Shown here: positions 20,348 through 35,724 of the stretch, piece after piece
Numbering within the stretch: the first letter of the stretch is position 1
How the letters are laid out: every line of letters starts with the position of its first letter
Assembly: GCA_963712255.1 (NCBI GenBank)
Contig: CAVQHL010000029.1
Span: 5,366 to 69,365 of the forward strand
Source of the DNA: an uncultured Actinomycetes bacterium
GTDB lineage: Bacteria > Actinomycetota > Thermoleophilia > Gaiellales > Gaiellaceae
Direction of reading: 5' to 3'
DNA: 64,000 bases
Notes under the pieces: model-generated
What the model was told of the DNA's origin: nothing
Databases searched by the model: none
Seen by the model: only the letters and a program-made list of their open reading frames with translations
Made by a program: the position numbers and the translations under genes

Positions 20348-21523
20348 CTAGCACCGGCGGAGGAGCGACAACAGTGCCCGCGCGAGACGTGTCCCGAGTC
20401 GACCGGCGGTCGTGTCGCGGCGGCGCTCAGACCGCCGACGCGGCGCGACCGGCAGCGCGGTCGTGACGTGCTGCTCGGTCGCGCCGGGGCCAGCTGCGAC
20501 GGGCGGCCGCGAGCGCGCGGTCGGCCAGCGCGTAGAGCGAGAACGCGTCACCCGCAGCTCGCAAGGTCGCAGACGCCCGCCGTCAGCACGCACGCCGCCG
20601 ATCTCGCTCAGCTCGGCGCGCCACCGGGCGACCGCCTCCGACCGCTCCCGCGGCGTCCGTGTCCGGAAGGATCCAGCCGAGCTCGCCGTCGTCCGTCCGC
20701 GCGAGCTCGTCGCCCGCGCGCGCGAGCCGGCTCAGCTGCTCGACGGCGAGGTGCGCCTCGGGCCGCCCGAACACGCCGTCGCCGGCCCGGCCGTGGACCG
20801 CGAGGTCGGCGAGGACGACCGTCACGTTCGTCCCGCCCTGCGATCGCCCGGCGGACGGCGGCGCCCAGACGCTCCTCGAACTCCCGGCGGTCGAGGAGGC
20901 CCGTCTCGGGATCCCGCGCCGCGAGCTCGGTGAGCCGCCGCATGCGGCGGTGGCTCGTGGAGACGTCGCGCACGGTGAGGAGGTGGCGAGGGCTGCCGTC
21001 CAGGTCGTCGACGACGCACCCCGAGACGAGGAGCCGCACGCGGTCGCCCTGGCGCCGCCGGAACGTGAGCTCGCGAGGTGAGCTCGCCGCGCGCGACGAG
21101 GTCCGCGTGCCAGGCCTCGACGTCGTGCCGGTGCTCGGGCGGCCAGAACGGGAACGGCGCCCGGGTGCCGAGCGAGCTCCTCGCGCTCGTAGCCCAGCAG
21201 CTCGCAGAGGCTGCGGTTGACCGAGCAGATCTCGCCGTCGCGCACGAGCAGGAGCCCGTCGGGGATCGCGGACAGCAGGTTGCGGACGGCTTCCGACTCG
21301 GCATGGAGCGACTCCGCGAGCCGTCTGCGGGCCGCGCCGCCGAACCAGAAGGCGAACAGGCCCGTGAGCGCGAGCGCGAGTGCTGCCGCGGTCGCGAGCC
21401 AGAGAGCGAGCGGATCCGGCGCCGCCTCGCCACGGCGAAGACGACCGCGACGACGGTGGCCATCCCCGAGACGAGGAGGAGCAGGAGCTCGTCCTTCGTC
21501 CGGCGCGCGCCTGGGGCGCTCAT
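20348..21523 (-). CDS. Membrane-anchored PAS + degenerate GGDEF protein (several indels; 3' end uncertain)
   Basis: N-terminal TMs; VNRSLCELLGYEREEL...PFPFWPPE (PAS); RDPETGLLDRREFEERL; RAGDELARTDDGELGWILPD; LYALADRAL. Confidence 0.75.
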
Positions 21524-22934
21524 GTCGCCTCCGTCCGGACGTTGCGCTCGAACTTGTGCCAGCCCTTGTCGCCGCGAAGGCACCGCCACGTGCCCTTCAC
21601 CCGCGCCCACGCCATGAAGGGCCGGTAGACGAACAGCTCGAGCGGCATCAGCGCCAGGAAGCGCAGGACGCGCGAGAGCCGGTACGTCGCGCTGCTCGAG
21701 GTCCTGCATCGAGCAGCGCGCCGGTCGTGAGGGCGCTGTTGCCGAACGTGATCGCGAGCGTGAGCGACGACGAACTCCCACCAGTCGACGAGCCCCGAGG
21801 CGCGTCCGGCCGACGAGCGTGACGAGCGCGAGGATCTCGAAGAGCGGCGCGACGATCTCCGAGAGGAAGTAGAACGGCATCCCGAGCATGCCGACCGTGC
21901 CGTAACGCGGATTCAGCAGCATCCGCCGGTTGGCCCAGCAGGTCTCGAGGATCACCCGCTGCCAGCGCTCGCGCTGCGCGACGAGCTTGCGCATCGTGTC
22001 CGGGCCTTCGGTGACGCCGACGCAGTCCGGCAGGGACGCGATCCGATAGGACTCCCCGCGCTGCCGCGAGGAGGCGGTGGACGCGAAACGTGAACTCGAT
22101 GTCCTCGCAGGTGAACTCCGCGACCAGCCCTGAGCTCCTCGACGAGGTCGCGTCGCCAGATCTGGAAGGCCCCGGCGGCGCACAGCATGAAATTGAGCCG
22201 CGCCCACCCGATCCGGGTGCTGAAGAACGCGCGGAGGTAGTCGAAGGACTGGAAGGCGAACAGCGGACGCGGTGTCGGGCCCGACGAAGTGCACTCCGTC
22301 CGGCAGGGACGCGGCGGGGTCTCGCGCGTTCTCGAAGTAGCTGGTCAGCCCGACGACCTCTGGGTCGCGGACGATCTCCCGCATCGCGCGGACGAGCGAT
22401 CCGCGCGCGAACACCATGTCGGCGTCGACGGCGCAGACGTACCGATATCGGCTGTGGTTGAGGCCGGTGTTGAGCGCGTCGGCCTTGCCCCCGTTCACCT
22501 TGTCGACGACGAGGAGCCGGCGATCGGTGGCCGAGCGGTAGTAGCCGAGGACCTGCTCGGTGTCGAGCACCGCTCGTCGAGGACGCCTCGACGGGGACGA
22601 GGTCGAGCTCGTGGACGAGCCGCGCGAGCGTGTCGTCCGTCGAGCCGTCGTTGACGACGATCACCTCGAACTCCGGGTAGTCGATCGCGAGCGCCGAGCG
22701 AACCGCGTCCGGAAGAGCGCCGCGCTCTCGTTGTATGCCGGCACGAGGATGCTGACGCCGGGCGCGAAGCGGGAGCCTGACAGAGCGTCGACGTCGTCGA
22801 CCTCGCGCTCGCGCCGGCGGCGCCGGTGTCTCCACGAGCCCGACTACGAGCAGGCCCCAGTGCATGAGCCAGAGCACCGCCAGGTAGGCAACGCACGTCA
22901 GGACAGCGACTCGAAGCGCTGTCTCGAAGCTCAC
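21520..22934 (-). CDS. Processive family 2 glycosyltransferase (PgaC/IcaA-like), several indels
   Basis: VSILVPAYNE, VNDGSTD, GGKADALNTG, VDAD, TCED, QRERW (QxxRW), C-terminal TMs. Confidence 0.88.
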
Positions 22935-23934
22935 GAGGCGGCCTCTGCCTCGAGCGCTCGGCGCCATCGCCGAGGACAAGGCCCCTCCGTGCGCGCTCGG
23001 CCGCGGCTCCCCGAAGCCGTCGACCGCCTGCGCCGTAGATCCGCTCGAGACGGCCGCCTTCGTCGTCGCCGACGAGAGCGTCGACGTGCCCGATGTCCTG
23101 TAGCACCAGGGCAGCGCCGCTCCGCAACGCCGGGTCGTCGCTCTCGAGTGCCGGCTCGACGGCGGCGACCGTCGCATGCTCGCCGGCGGCAACGAGTGCC
23201 TCGCGCGCGGCCTCGCGCACCCACCACGACGTGTCGGCGAGGAGCGGGACGAGGTACGGCAGCCGACGCGCGGCCGGCGACTGCGGCAGCCGTGCGGCAT
23301 GCCTGCGCCCGCACCTGCGGATGCGGATCGTCGAGAAGCCGGAGCGCGTGTCGGAGCGCAGCGGTCGAGCCGCGCCACCCGGAGCGTCTCGAGCGCGGCG
23401 CCGCGGACGTTCGGCGACGGATCCGACGTGCAGGCAGGGACGTGCAGCTCGGCGAGCGCGGGATAGCGCGAGAGCAGGCGGACGGCGTAGAAGCGGACGA
23501 CGGGGTTCGGATGCGCGAGGAGCGGCGGCAGGCGTGGGCCGGGCCGCGGCGCGAGCCGGTCGAGCTCGCCGGCGACGCGGACCGGGTTCTCGACTCGCCT
23601 CCGCGAGCGCTTCGACGAGGCCGTCGATCGCCCAGTCGTGGCGGTCGGCGAGGCCGGCGAGCGCCGTCACGCTTGCCGTACGGAGCTCCGGGATCGTCGC
23701 TCCGCAGTGACTGGTAGAGCAGCGCTTCGGCCGCGCGCCCGTCCGTCGTCGCCGAGGTCGAGCCAGCTCGGTGACCGCCGGGGGCTGCTTCCACTCGCCG
23801 ACCTCGGTGACGATCGCGAGTGGGCGGGTGCGTCGCCGGTGGCGGGCGCGACCGACGAGCAGCGCGAGAACGAGCAGCGCCCAGGCGCCGCCGGCGACCA
23901 GGCACACGACCACGAGGCCGGTTCGACCATCCAT
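22931..23934 (-). CDS. Membrane-anchored HEAT-repeat protein, several indels
   Basis: N-terminal TM; repeated units HPNPVVRFYAVRLL, DPSPNVRGAALETL, DPHPQVRAQACR, DTSWWVREAAREAL, DDPALRSGAALVL. Confidence 0.8.
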
Positions 23935-24011
23935 GCTCCCCTCATGTCGGCACCCCGAACGGGGGAGGCCTCACCCGTCCGAGGGAGCCCCCCGCGACAT
24001 CTAGACCTCTG

Positions 24012-24693
24012 TCAGGCGGTCGGGCCCTTCGGACGGTTCGCCCTGGCCATCCGGTCCGCGACAAGACCCGCCAGGCCGAGCTCGTCGGCCTGCCCGACGG
24101 GGCGTCCGAGGGACGTGAAGACGACACCCGACTGGATCCGACCGTGCTGGAGGATGATCGCGTCGACGTACGCCCGGACCCGGTTCCCGCCGATCGTCAG
24201 CGTCGCGACCACGCGGAACGCCGAGGTCATCGGCGCCACCTTGGGGAAGGTCAGGCGCTTCGCCGAGACGATCGAGACGCGCTGGCCCGCGCGGCGCCGA
24301 CAGGCGGACGATGTCCGCGAGGCAGGTCGTCGTCTGCGCCGACGTGCCGCGCTTCCACGACTTGCCGGCCTCCCCCAGCGTGCGGTAGACGTTCGTGGTC
24401 GAGCCGATCGTGACGAAGAGACCCGGCTGGCTCAGCTGGAAGTCGGGCGACTGCGCCTCGCCCGTGATCGTGAGATCCGACTCGTCGAGGGCGCCGCAGC
24501 GAACCCCCTTCGGCAGGTCCTCGTCCGGTCGCGTGCGAAGGGTGAACGCGGTCGACAGGTCGCCGCGCTTGAGCACGATCGACCGCGCCGTCGCGTTGCC
24601 CTTGCTCGTCAGCGCCTTCTTCGGCTCCCCGTCCGCGCCCCAGGCCACCGGCGTGACCGCGAGTGCGACGAGAACGGTGAGCACCAAGCGCAC
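24012..24693 (-). CDS. Hypothetical secreted protein (frameshift near 24290)
   Basis: Signal peptide MRLVLTVLVALAVTPVAWGA; leaderless TACAGT+6+GTG; two Cys. Confidence 0.7.
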
Positions 24694-24743
24694 AGCCCCA
24701 CTGTAGCCACGTCCCTGCCGTCGGGACGAGATGGCCGCAGGGT

Positions 24744-24834
24744 GCAGTTGCGGCGGCGAAGCCGACGCCTTCAGGGATCTGCCCCGCCGCAGGCGGGGAT
24801 CAAGCGGCAGGAATCCGCTCCTGCGGATTCCTGC
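24744..24834. repeat. Structured intergenic repeat, copy 2 (module A 24744-24801 + module B 24807-24834)
   Basis: Matches copy 1, with compensatory stem changes. Confidence 0.85.
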
Positions 24835-24843
24835 TTCGCGCAG

Positions 24844-28488
<3,645 letters not shown>

Positions 28489-28551
28489 GTCGTCTCCTTC
28501 GCCAGCCGGGCGACCACGCCTACGCGAGCTGACCCGACCTCGCGGCCGGGT

Positions 28552-28608
28552 GGCTCTTTAGGCGTTTTTCTCCTGGTCGCCAAGCTGCCTGTCAAAGCTC
28601 TCCAGGTT
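28552..28608 (-). ncRNA. Candidate SAM-II/SAM-V-class riboswitch (H-type pseudoknot)
   Basis: AACCUGG-AGAGCUUUGACAGGCAGCUUGGCGA-CCAGG-AGAAAAACGCCUAAAGAGCC; starts just after a TACGCT -10 (28614-28619); 5' of metH. Confidence 0.65.
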
Positions 28609-28678
28609 CGCTCAGCGTAGCGCAGGCGACGGCCCCTTCGCCTGCCTGCCTCGCGTGAAGGGAGTCGAGCGCCGCGGT

Positions 28679-29116
28679 TCAGCCGGTGGTGCGCCCGGAG
28701 ACCGTGAGCTGGTTCTCGGCGTGCGCGATGCGCTGCTCGAGCTGCCAGCGGTCGGCGCTCGACTCGCCGGCGTCGACCTTCTCGAGCTCGGCCCTGGCCG
28801 CCTCGAGCTGCGCCTGGGCTCGGGCGTCGTCGATCTCCTTCACGTTGACCGCGTCGTCGACGAGCGCGAGCGCGCGATCGAGCTCGACCTTGAAGAAGCC
28901 CGGCCCGGTCGCGAACTCGAGGACCTCGTTCGCATCGAGGTGGACGCGCGTCGACCCGGCCTTGAGCGTCGCGACGAGCGGCGCGTGACGCGCGAGCACG
29001 CCGATCTCGCCGGCGGCGCCGGGGACGATGAGCATGTGCGCCTCGCCCTCGAAGGCCGGGCCGTCAGGCGTGACGACCGCGACCTCGAAGGGAGGATGAT
29101 CCGTGACGTCCGCCAT
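28679..29116 (-). CDS. atpC: ATP synthase F1 epsilon subunit
   Basis: VVTPDG, GEIGVLARHAPLVATL; directly after atpD. Confidence 0.95.
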   Translation of the reverse strand: MADVTDHPPFEVAVVTPDGPAFEGEAHMLIVPGAAGEIGVLARHAPLVATLKAGSTRVHLDANEVLEFATGPGFFKVELDRALALVDDAVNVKEIDDARAQAQLEAARAELEKVDAGESSADRWQLEQRIAHAENQLTVSGRTTG

Positions 29117-29125
29117 CGGAACGGG

Positions 29126-30649
<1,524 letters not shown>

Positions 30650-30702
30650 TCAGCGTGGCGGTCCTCTATCGGCGCCTCGACACGCTCGGCGTAGTCGAGG
30701 CG

Positions 30703-30741
30703 TCAGACGTCGGACGTGACGAAGGTGGGTGTCACGATCAC
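30703..30741 (-). CDS. Candidate leaderless 12-aa small ORF MIVTPTFVTSDV
   Basis: TACGCT (30749-30754) + 7 nt + GTG, the same geometry as neighbouring real genes; followed by hairpins. Confidence 0.3.
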   Translation of the reverse strand: MIVTPTFVTSDV

Positions 30742-30799
30742 GCCGCCAAGCGTACGTGCTGCGGGCCCGGAGGAAGCGAAGATTCCCTGAACAGCAGGG

Positions 30800-31360
30800 T
30801 CAGCCCTGCTGCGGGACCGGGACTGCCGAGTGCGGCGCCCAGTAGTCCACGAGCCACTTGCCCTTGACCTTCTTGAGGCCGATGTAGAAGGCCGTGGGCG
30901 GCACCTCGCTGCCCTGCTTCGGGGTCAAGAGCACCTCGAGCACGACCCGATCGGGGGTGACCTCGTTCACGGTGAAGCCCGCGCCCTGGAGCCCTGCGGT
31001 GGGGAAGTACTGCACGTTGATGTTCCCCGTCAGCCATTGCTTCTTCGTGCAGCCGCAGTCCCGCTTCATGTCCGGGTGCGCGATCTGCCACGCGCGCTCG
31101 AGGTCCTCCCTGCCCGCTGCGGCGAGGATGAACTCCCCCGCGACCTCGCGTGCCTCCTTCGGCACGTCGCTCTCCTTGGGCGTCGTGGTGGGGGGACTGA
31201 AGTCGGTCCCGTCGACGGTGCTCGCCGGGGCTGCGGCGGGCTTGGCGTCGTCTCCGCCGATCCGCACGGTGACGAACGCCACCAGGCCGGCGATCAGCAC
31301 GAGCGCCGACGCCCACACGGCCGTCCGCGCGAAGCCGGGCGACTTCAACCGCTCGATCAC
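30800..31360 (-). CDS. Hypothetical membrane-anchored extracytoplasmic protein
   Basis: N-terminal TM, Pro/Thr linker, DCGC motif, KVKGKWLVDYW C-terminus; TACCCT+6+GTG. Confidence 0.75.
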   Translation of the reverse strand: MIERLKSPGFARTAVWASALVLIAGLVAFVTVRIGGDDAKPAAAPASTVDGTDFSPPTTTPKESDVPKEAREVAGEFILAAAGREDLERAWQIAHPDMKRDCGCTKKQWLTGNINVQYFPTAGLQGAGFTVNEVTPDRVVLEVLLTPKQGSEVPPTAFYIGLKKVKGKWLVDYWAPHSAVPVPQQG

Positions 31361-31379
31361 GGGCGAAGGGTAGCCCAGC

Positions 31380-32351
31380 TCATGTTGCAGAGATGTTGCG
31401 GCGATAGAGGATGAACGCGAGCGGCAGGAAGGCTGCGAGGAGCGCGTGCGGCGCCAGCTGGTGCGAGACGACCTGGCGTCCCTGCGGGACGAGGGTGCCG
31501 GTTCCGATCCGCTCCTTCACCGCCGCCGTGAGCCCCTCGACGTCCCCCTCGTTCAGCACCGGCGCCTCGAGCGCGCCGGCGATTCCCCGGAGCGTTCGGC
31601 CGCCGGTCCGGTCGGGGCGGTAGGCCGGATCACGCTCGCCGTTCTCGTCGAAGACCGCCTCGTCCCCGCGCCAGACCTGGACGAAGATCGTCGACACGCG
31701 CCCCTCGCCGAGCCGCTCGCGAAGCGCCTCGAGGTCGACCGGCAGCGTCTCGCCGTCCGAGACGACGACGATGACCCGGCGCGCGGTCTCGCGGCGGAAG
31801 AACGCCGTTCGGCCGATGTCGCCGAGGGCGGAGAACGCCGTCGCCTTGTTCGCGCGGCGGTCGGGCGGTGGGCGCTCGACGCCGATCGCGCGGTTGACGA
31901 CCGACACGAACGAGTTCGAGCCGAGCGTCGGAAACAGGTGCGGCAGGACCCGGTCGGTGAGCGACGCGACGCCGACCCGCGTTTCGGGGATCGAGGCGCG
32001 GAGGCGCTTCGCGAGCTCGCGGCTGCGGTCGAGCCGCGTCGGCTCGCTCGGCGCGCGTCGAGCGAGCATCGACCGGGTCACGTCGAAGACGACGAGGACC
32101 TCCGCGCCGTCGCGCCCGTGCGTCGCCTCCGAGCGGGAGACCACCGGCTGTGCGGCGGCGACCCCGATCAGCACGCCGACGAGGCCGAGCAGCACGAGAT
32201 CGATCACGAGCCCGCGGCGCCCGGCGGGCGGCAGGCCGAGAGCCGAGGCGGCATTCGCCGCGCGGCGGCGGGCGACGACGCGCGCCCAGATCGCCAGGGC
32301 GACGAGCAGGCCGACCGCGGCGGCCAGAGGCGTGAGGAAGCTGACCTCCAC
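31380..32351 (-). CDS. vWA-domain membrane protein (MxaL/BatB-like)
   Basis: SFLTP N-terminus, FDVTRSM MIDAS-like motif, VVVSDGE, N- and C-terminal TMs. Confidence 0.82.
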   Translation of the reverse strand: MEVSFLTPLAAAVGLLVALAIWARVVARRRAANAASALGLPPAGRRGLVIDLVLLGLVGVLIGVAAAQPVVSRSEATHGRDGAEVLVVFDVTRSMLARRAPSEPTRLDRSRELAKRLRASIPETRVGVASLTDRVLPHLFPTLGSNSFVSVVNRAIGVERPPPDRRANKATAFSALGDIGRTAFFRRETARRVIVVVSDGETLPVDLEALRERLGEGRVSTIFVQVWRGDEAVFDENGERDPAYRPDRTGGRTLRGIAGALEAPVLNEGDVEGLTAAVKERIGTGTLVPQGRQVVSHQLAPHALLAAFLPLAFILYRRNISAT

Positions 32352-32363
32352 GCCCCGTCCGCC

Positions 32364-32999
32364 TCAGAACCCGCTGCCCGAGCTCGACGATCCCGAGCCG
32401 GGGCTCGGGAGCGGAGCGCGCCTGTCACCGCCCCCCGCCGTCCCGCCGCCCGTCTCACGGAGCAGCTTGAGCGCGAGCTCGAGGTCGTATATGGCGTCGG
32501 CGTTGCCCGGATCGAGCTCCGCCGCCCGCCGGAACTGCTCGATCGCCCGCCGGAGGAACACGTGGCGCTGCACCGGGGAGTTGCGCGCCTCCTCGAGGAG
32601 GAACGCCCCCCGCAGGGTGGCGAGCGCGGAACGGCGGTCGGCGCGCTCCTCGGTCTCGATCAGACGCGCGAGGCGCCGCTCGGCCGCAGTGCGTCGCGTG
32701 ACGTCGGTGAAGACCTGCAGCGGCGCCCGCGGCTCGCTCTTCCAGAACTGGTCGACCGCGCCGCGGAACTCGACGTCGTCCTCCAGGCCGAGGGCCGTTC
32801 GCGTGATTCCCGCGGGAAGCAGGGTGTTCGGCTGCCACGAGGCGTCGGCATGCGCGGCGTAGGCGATGTCGTCGTCGCGCATCGTCCGATCCCAGCGGAG
32901 GACGTCCGCCGCGAGCGCCACGAGCACCGCGGCCGCCGCGACGAGCGCAACCACAGCCACCGCGCCCGCGGCCGGCCGGAGCCACTCGCGCGCGTTCAC
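32364..32999 (-). CDS. TM + TPR protein (MxaK/BatC-like)
   Basis: AIEQFRRAAELDPGNADAIYDLELAL; GTG start overlaps upstream stop. Confidence 0.75.
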   Translation of the reverse strand: MNAREWLRPAAGAVAVVALVAAAAVLVALAADVLRWDRTMRDDDIAYAAHADASWQPNTLLPAGITRTALGLEDDVEFRGAVDQFWKSEPRAPLQVFTDVTRRTAAERRLARLIETEERADRRSALATLRGAFLLEEARNSPVQRHVFLRRAIEQFRRAAELDPGNADAIYDLELALKLLRETGGGTAGGGDRRAPLPSPGSGSSSSGSGF

Positions 33000-33886
33000 G
33001 TGGCCCTCCCCCACGCGAGCCGTGCGCCGAACCGCTCGTTGAGGGCGAGGAGGCCGAGGAGGCCGGCACCGAGAATGGCAAGTGCCCACGGCGACGACCC
33101 GACGAGCGTGAGGCTCTCCCTGACGCTCGTGTTCCGCACGAGCTCCGCGCGGTCGAGCATGGCGTCCTCGCCGACGACCCGCTCGAAGAAGTCCCGATCC
33201 TCCTCCGCCGGGAAGAGCGGGACGACCCGCAACGTCAGCCCGTTGCGCTCGTAGGCGGTGACCTCCTCCAGGAGCGCCGAGGAGTCGAAGCCGGAGTTGT
33301 CGAGGTCGCTCAGGAGCAGGACCGAGAGCGACGGGTCGCCCTCCCGCTGGACGATCGCCCGCGCCTCGGCAAGGCCCGTCGAGATCTTCGTGCCGCCGCG
33401 GAACGAGAGCGACCAGGGGCTCTCCTCGCTCTGCTGCGGTGCGGACGGACGATCGGAGCGGCGACGCCCGAAGCCCGGTCGCTGGAACCCGCCGGGCGGC
33501 GCCTCGAAGAAGCGCAGGATCGGGCGGAGCTCCTCGCTCCGCGTGTCCGGCGGGAGCATCTCGTACGCCGTGTCGGAGAAGACGACGAGGCCGATTCGGC
33601 CCTCCGTCTCGGCCATCGACCGGATCACCCGCTGGGCGCGCTGTGCCTTCTGCTGGTCGACGCTCGACGAGAGGTCGAGGACGACGACGCCGCCGCTGCC
33701 CGTCGCGAAGTAGCTCGTCGGCAGCGCCTTCAGGTCGCGCGAGAACACGAACGCCGCGACGAGCAGCGAGACGGCGAGCACGGCGAGGCCGAGCCGCACG
33801 AGGCGCGTGCGGCGCTGCTCGCGCTGGAGCTCGACGGCCGCCGACGTCGGCAGGCGGGGACCCCGAAGCAGCCGGAACGCGCTCAC
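32996..33886 (-). CDS. vWA-domain membrane protein (MxaC/BatA-like)
   Basis: VLDLSSSVD (DxSxS), IGLVVFSD, GTKISTGL, LLLSDLD. Confidence 0.82.
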   Translation of the reverse strand: MSAFRLLRGPRLPTSAAVELQREQRRTRLVRLGLAVLAVSLLVAAFVFSRDLKALPTSYFATGSGGVVVLDLSSSVDQQKAQRAQRVIRSMAETEGRIGLVVFSDTAYEMLPPDTRSEELRPILRFFEAPPGGFQRPGFGRRRSDRPSAPQQSEESPWSLSFRGGTKISTGLAEARAIVQREGDPSLSVLLLSDLDNSGFDSSALLEEVTAYERNGLTLRVVPLFPAEEDRDFFERVVGEDAMLDRAELVRNTSVRESLTLVGSSPWALAILGAGLLGLLALNERFGARLAWGRAT

Positions 33887-34807
33887 GCTGCGGCCCCCGC
33901 GCCCGTCACGTCGGTGACGCGCTGGGCGAAGCCGGCGACGTCGTCGCCCGTGGCCGGGCCCGGCGCCCACGCGAGCGCCCGGGCATCGCCCGCGAGCCCG
34001 TCCTGACCGACGTCCGTCAGCTCGCGCGCCAGCCGCTCCAGCGCCCGCCGCCGGTCAGGTGAGGCGGCGCCGTTGCTCGAGTCGGCGAGGACGAGATCGA
34101 GTGCCCGCTCCAGCGGCGAGCGGGGCGCCCGCTCCTCCTCGACGACACCCTCGGGCTCCGTCCGCCAGAGTCGCCGAGCGAGCCAGACGGCGATGCCGAC
34201 GAGAGCCGCGGCGATCGCGAGCAGCACCACGGCCAGACCACCGGGGCCGACGCGCGTGGTCACGGCCGGGAGCACCGTGTCGCTCGCGCGCCAGCGGAGC
34301 TGCTCGACCGCCGCCGGTGAAACGCGCGAGGCGACCTCGAACGGCGGCCAGTCGAGGATGTGGCGTCCGGGCCCGGAGCCCTCGACGAAGCGGTAGCGCA
34401 CGAATCCCGGCTCGAGCTGGGCCACGCCGCGCGCCGCCGCCGCGTCGCATCCTTCCCGGAGACAGCGAAGCGGGTACGTGAACACGACGCGCGCGACGCC
34501 GTTGATCACCTCGCGGTCGACGGTCGGCTCGCCGGCGAGCTCGTAGGGAGCGAAGTCGGTCTCGACGCGCACGGAGTCGGGCTTGATGAAGCCGGCATCG
34601 GCGACGACCTCGACGGTCGCGACGACGGGCTCACCGAAGGTGTGGACGTCGGGCGTGATCCGCGCCGAGACCGCGAGCGTCTCCGGCGCCTCGCGCGCGG
34701 TCGGCGTCGTCACCGCTCCGCGAGAGCCACAGCTCGCGGATCGCGAGGCCGACGAGGATGGCGAGGACCACCTGAAAGCCGATGAGGGCGACGCGCTTGG
34801 CGGTCAT
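33883..34807 (-). CDS. Membrane protein (MxaA/BatD-like); N-terminal TM lies in another frame (indel near 34700)
   Basis: ATG overlapping the DUF58 stop gives MTAKRVALIGFQVVLAILVGL; continues into the 276-aa ORF with an internal TM. Confidence 0.68.
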
Positions 34808-35724
34808 GCTGCGTGCCCCCAGGCCGCCTGGCGCTCCGTCGACCAGTTGAGGAACGCCCCGAAGACGTGCTCACGATCGTCCCGCGACACGAGCACCGGC
34901 TCGATGCCCAGCGAGCGCAACCCGGCGACGAGCTCCGCCAACCGCGCCTCGTGCCGCTCCCGCCATCGACGCGACTCGCCCTTCTCCAGCCGGACGGCGC
35001 GAACGCGGCCGTCGGGGCCGACGAGCGGGAGAACGAGCCGGTCGACGTCCGGGAACCCCTGCTCCCAGGTCGGGTCCTGGATCACGACGGGCACGACGTC
35101 CCAGCCGCGATCGAGGGCCCACTCCCACGTCTCGAGCGGCGTGGGCTCGATGAAGTCCGAGAGGACGAAGACGAAGCTCGCGGACGGAACCGCGCGGCGG
35201 TGGAGCGTGAGGAACTCGAACATCGTCGTGACGCCGTCCGCCGACCCCTCGTGCGCGTGCAGGTCGTGGTCGACGGTGGCGAGCGTGCGCCGACCGCTCG
35301 CGGGCGGGCACCAGCCGACGACGCCGTCGCGCCCGTCGGTCTCGAGCAGCCCGATCAGGCCGCGGGACTCGGCGACGCTGTCCTCGATCAGCTCGAGCGC
35401 GACGCCGGCCGCCGCGTCCTTGTGGAGGAACGGCATCCCCGGCGGGCACAGCGCCATCGCCGGCCGCCGGTCGACGCACACGACGGCGCGCGGCGCCTCG
35501 TCGGCGAAGTACTCGCGGACGACGAACTCGTCGGTCGCGCGCGCGGCCGACAGGCGCCCCGATGCCCCCCAGTCGATTCGATGAGGATCGTCGCCCGGCA
35601 CGTACGGTCGCGACCCGGCGATGTCCGAGCCGGACCCACGTCGGGCGCCGTGCATCGAGCCGAACGCGAGCCCGATCAGCCGCCGGCGCGACACGAGCGG
35701 GAACGTGAGCGACGAGCCGATCAT
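34804..35724 (-). CDS. DUF58 protein (MxaS-like)
   Basis: GSGSDIAGSRPYVPGDDPHRIDWGAS, FVVREY, VFVLSDF. Confidence 0.9.
   Translation of the reverse strand: MIGSSLTFPLVSRRRLIGLAFGSMHGARRGSGSDIAGSRPYVPGDDPHRIDWGASGRLSAARATDEFVVREYFADEAPRAVVCVDRRPAMALCPPGMPFLHKDAAAGVALELIEDSVAESRGLIGLLETDGRDGVVGWCPPASGRRTLATVDHDLHAHEGSADGVTTMFEFLTLHRRAVPSASFVFVLSDFIEPTPLETWEWALDRGWDVVPVVIQDPTWEQGFPDVDRLVLPLVGPDGRVRAVRLEKGESRRWRERHEARLAELVAGLRSLGIEPVLVSRDDREHVFGAFLNWSTERQAAWGHAA

Noticed and set aside
23940-23975. GCCGACAT as a sigma28/WhiG -10 for the GT2 operon
   Set aside because: No convincing -35 at the right spacing, and GCCGA is common at this GC content
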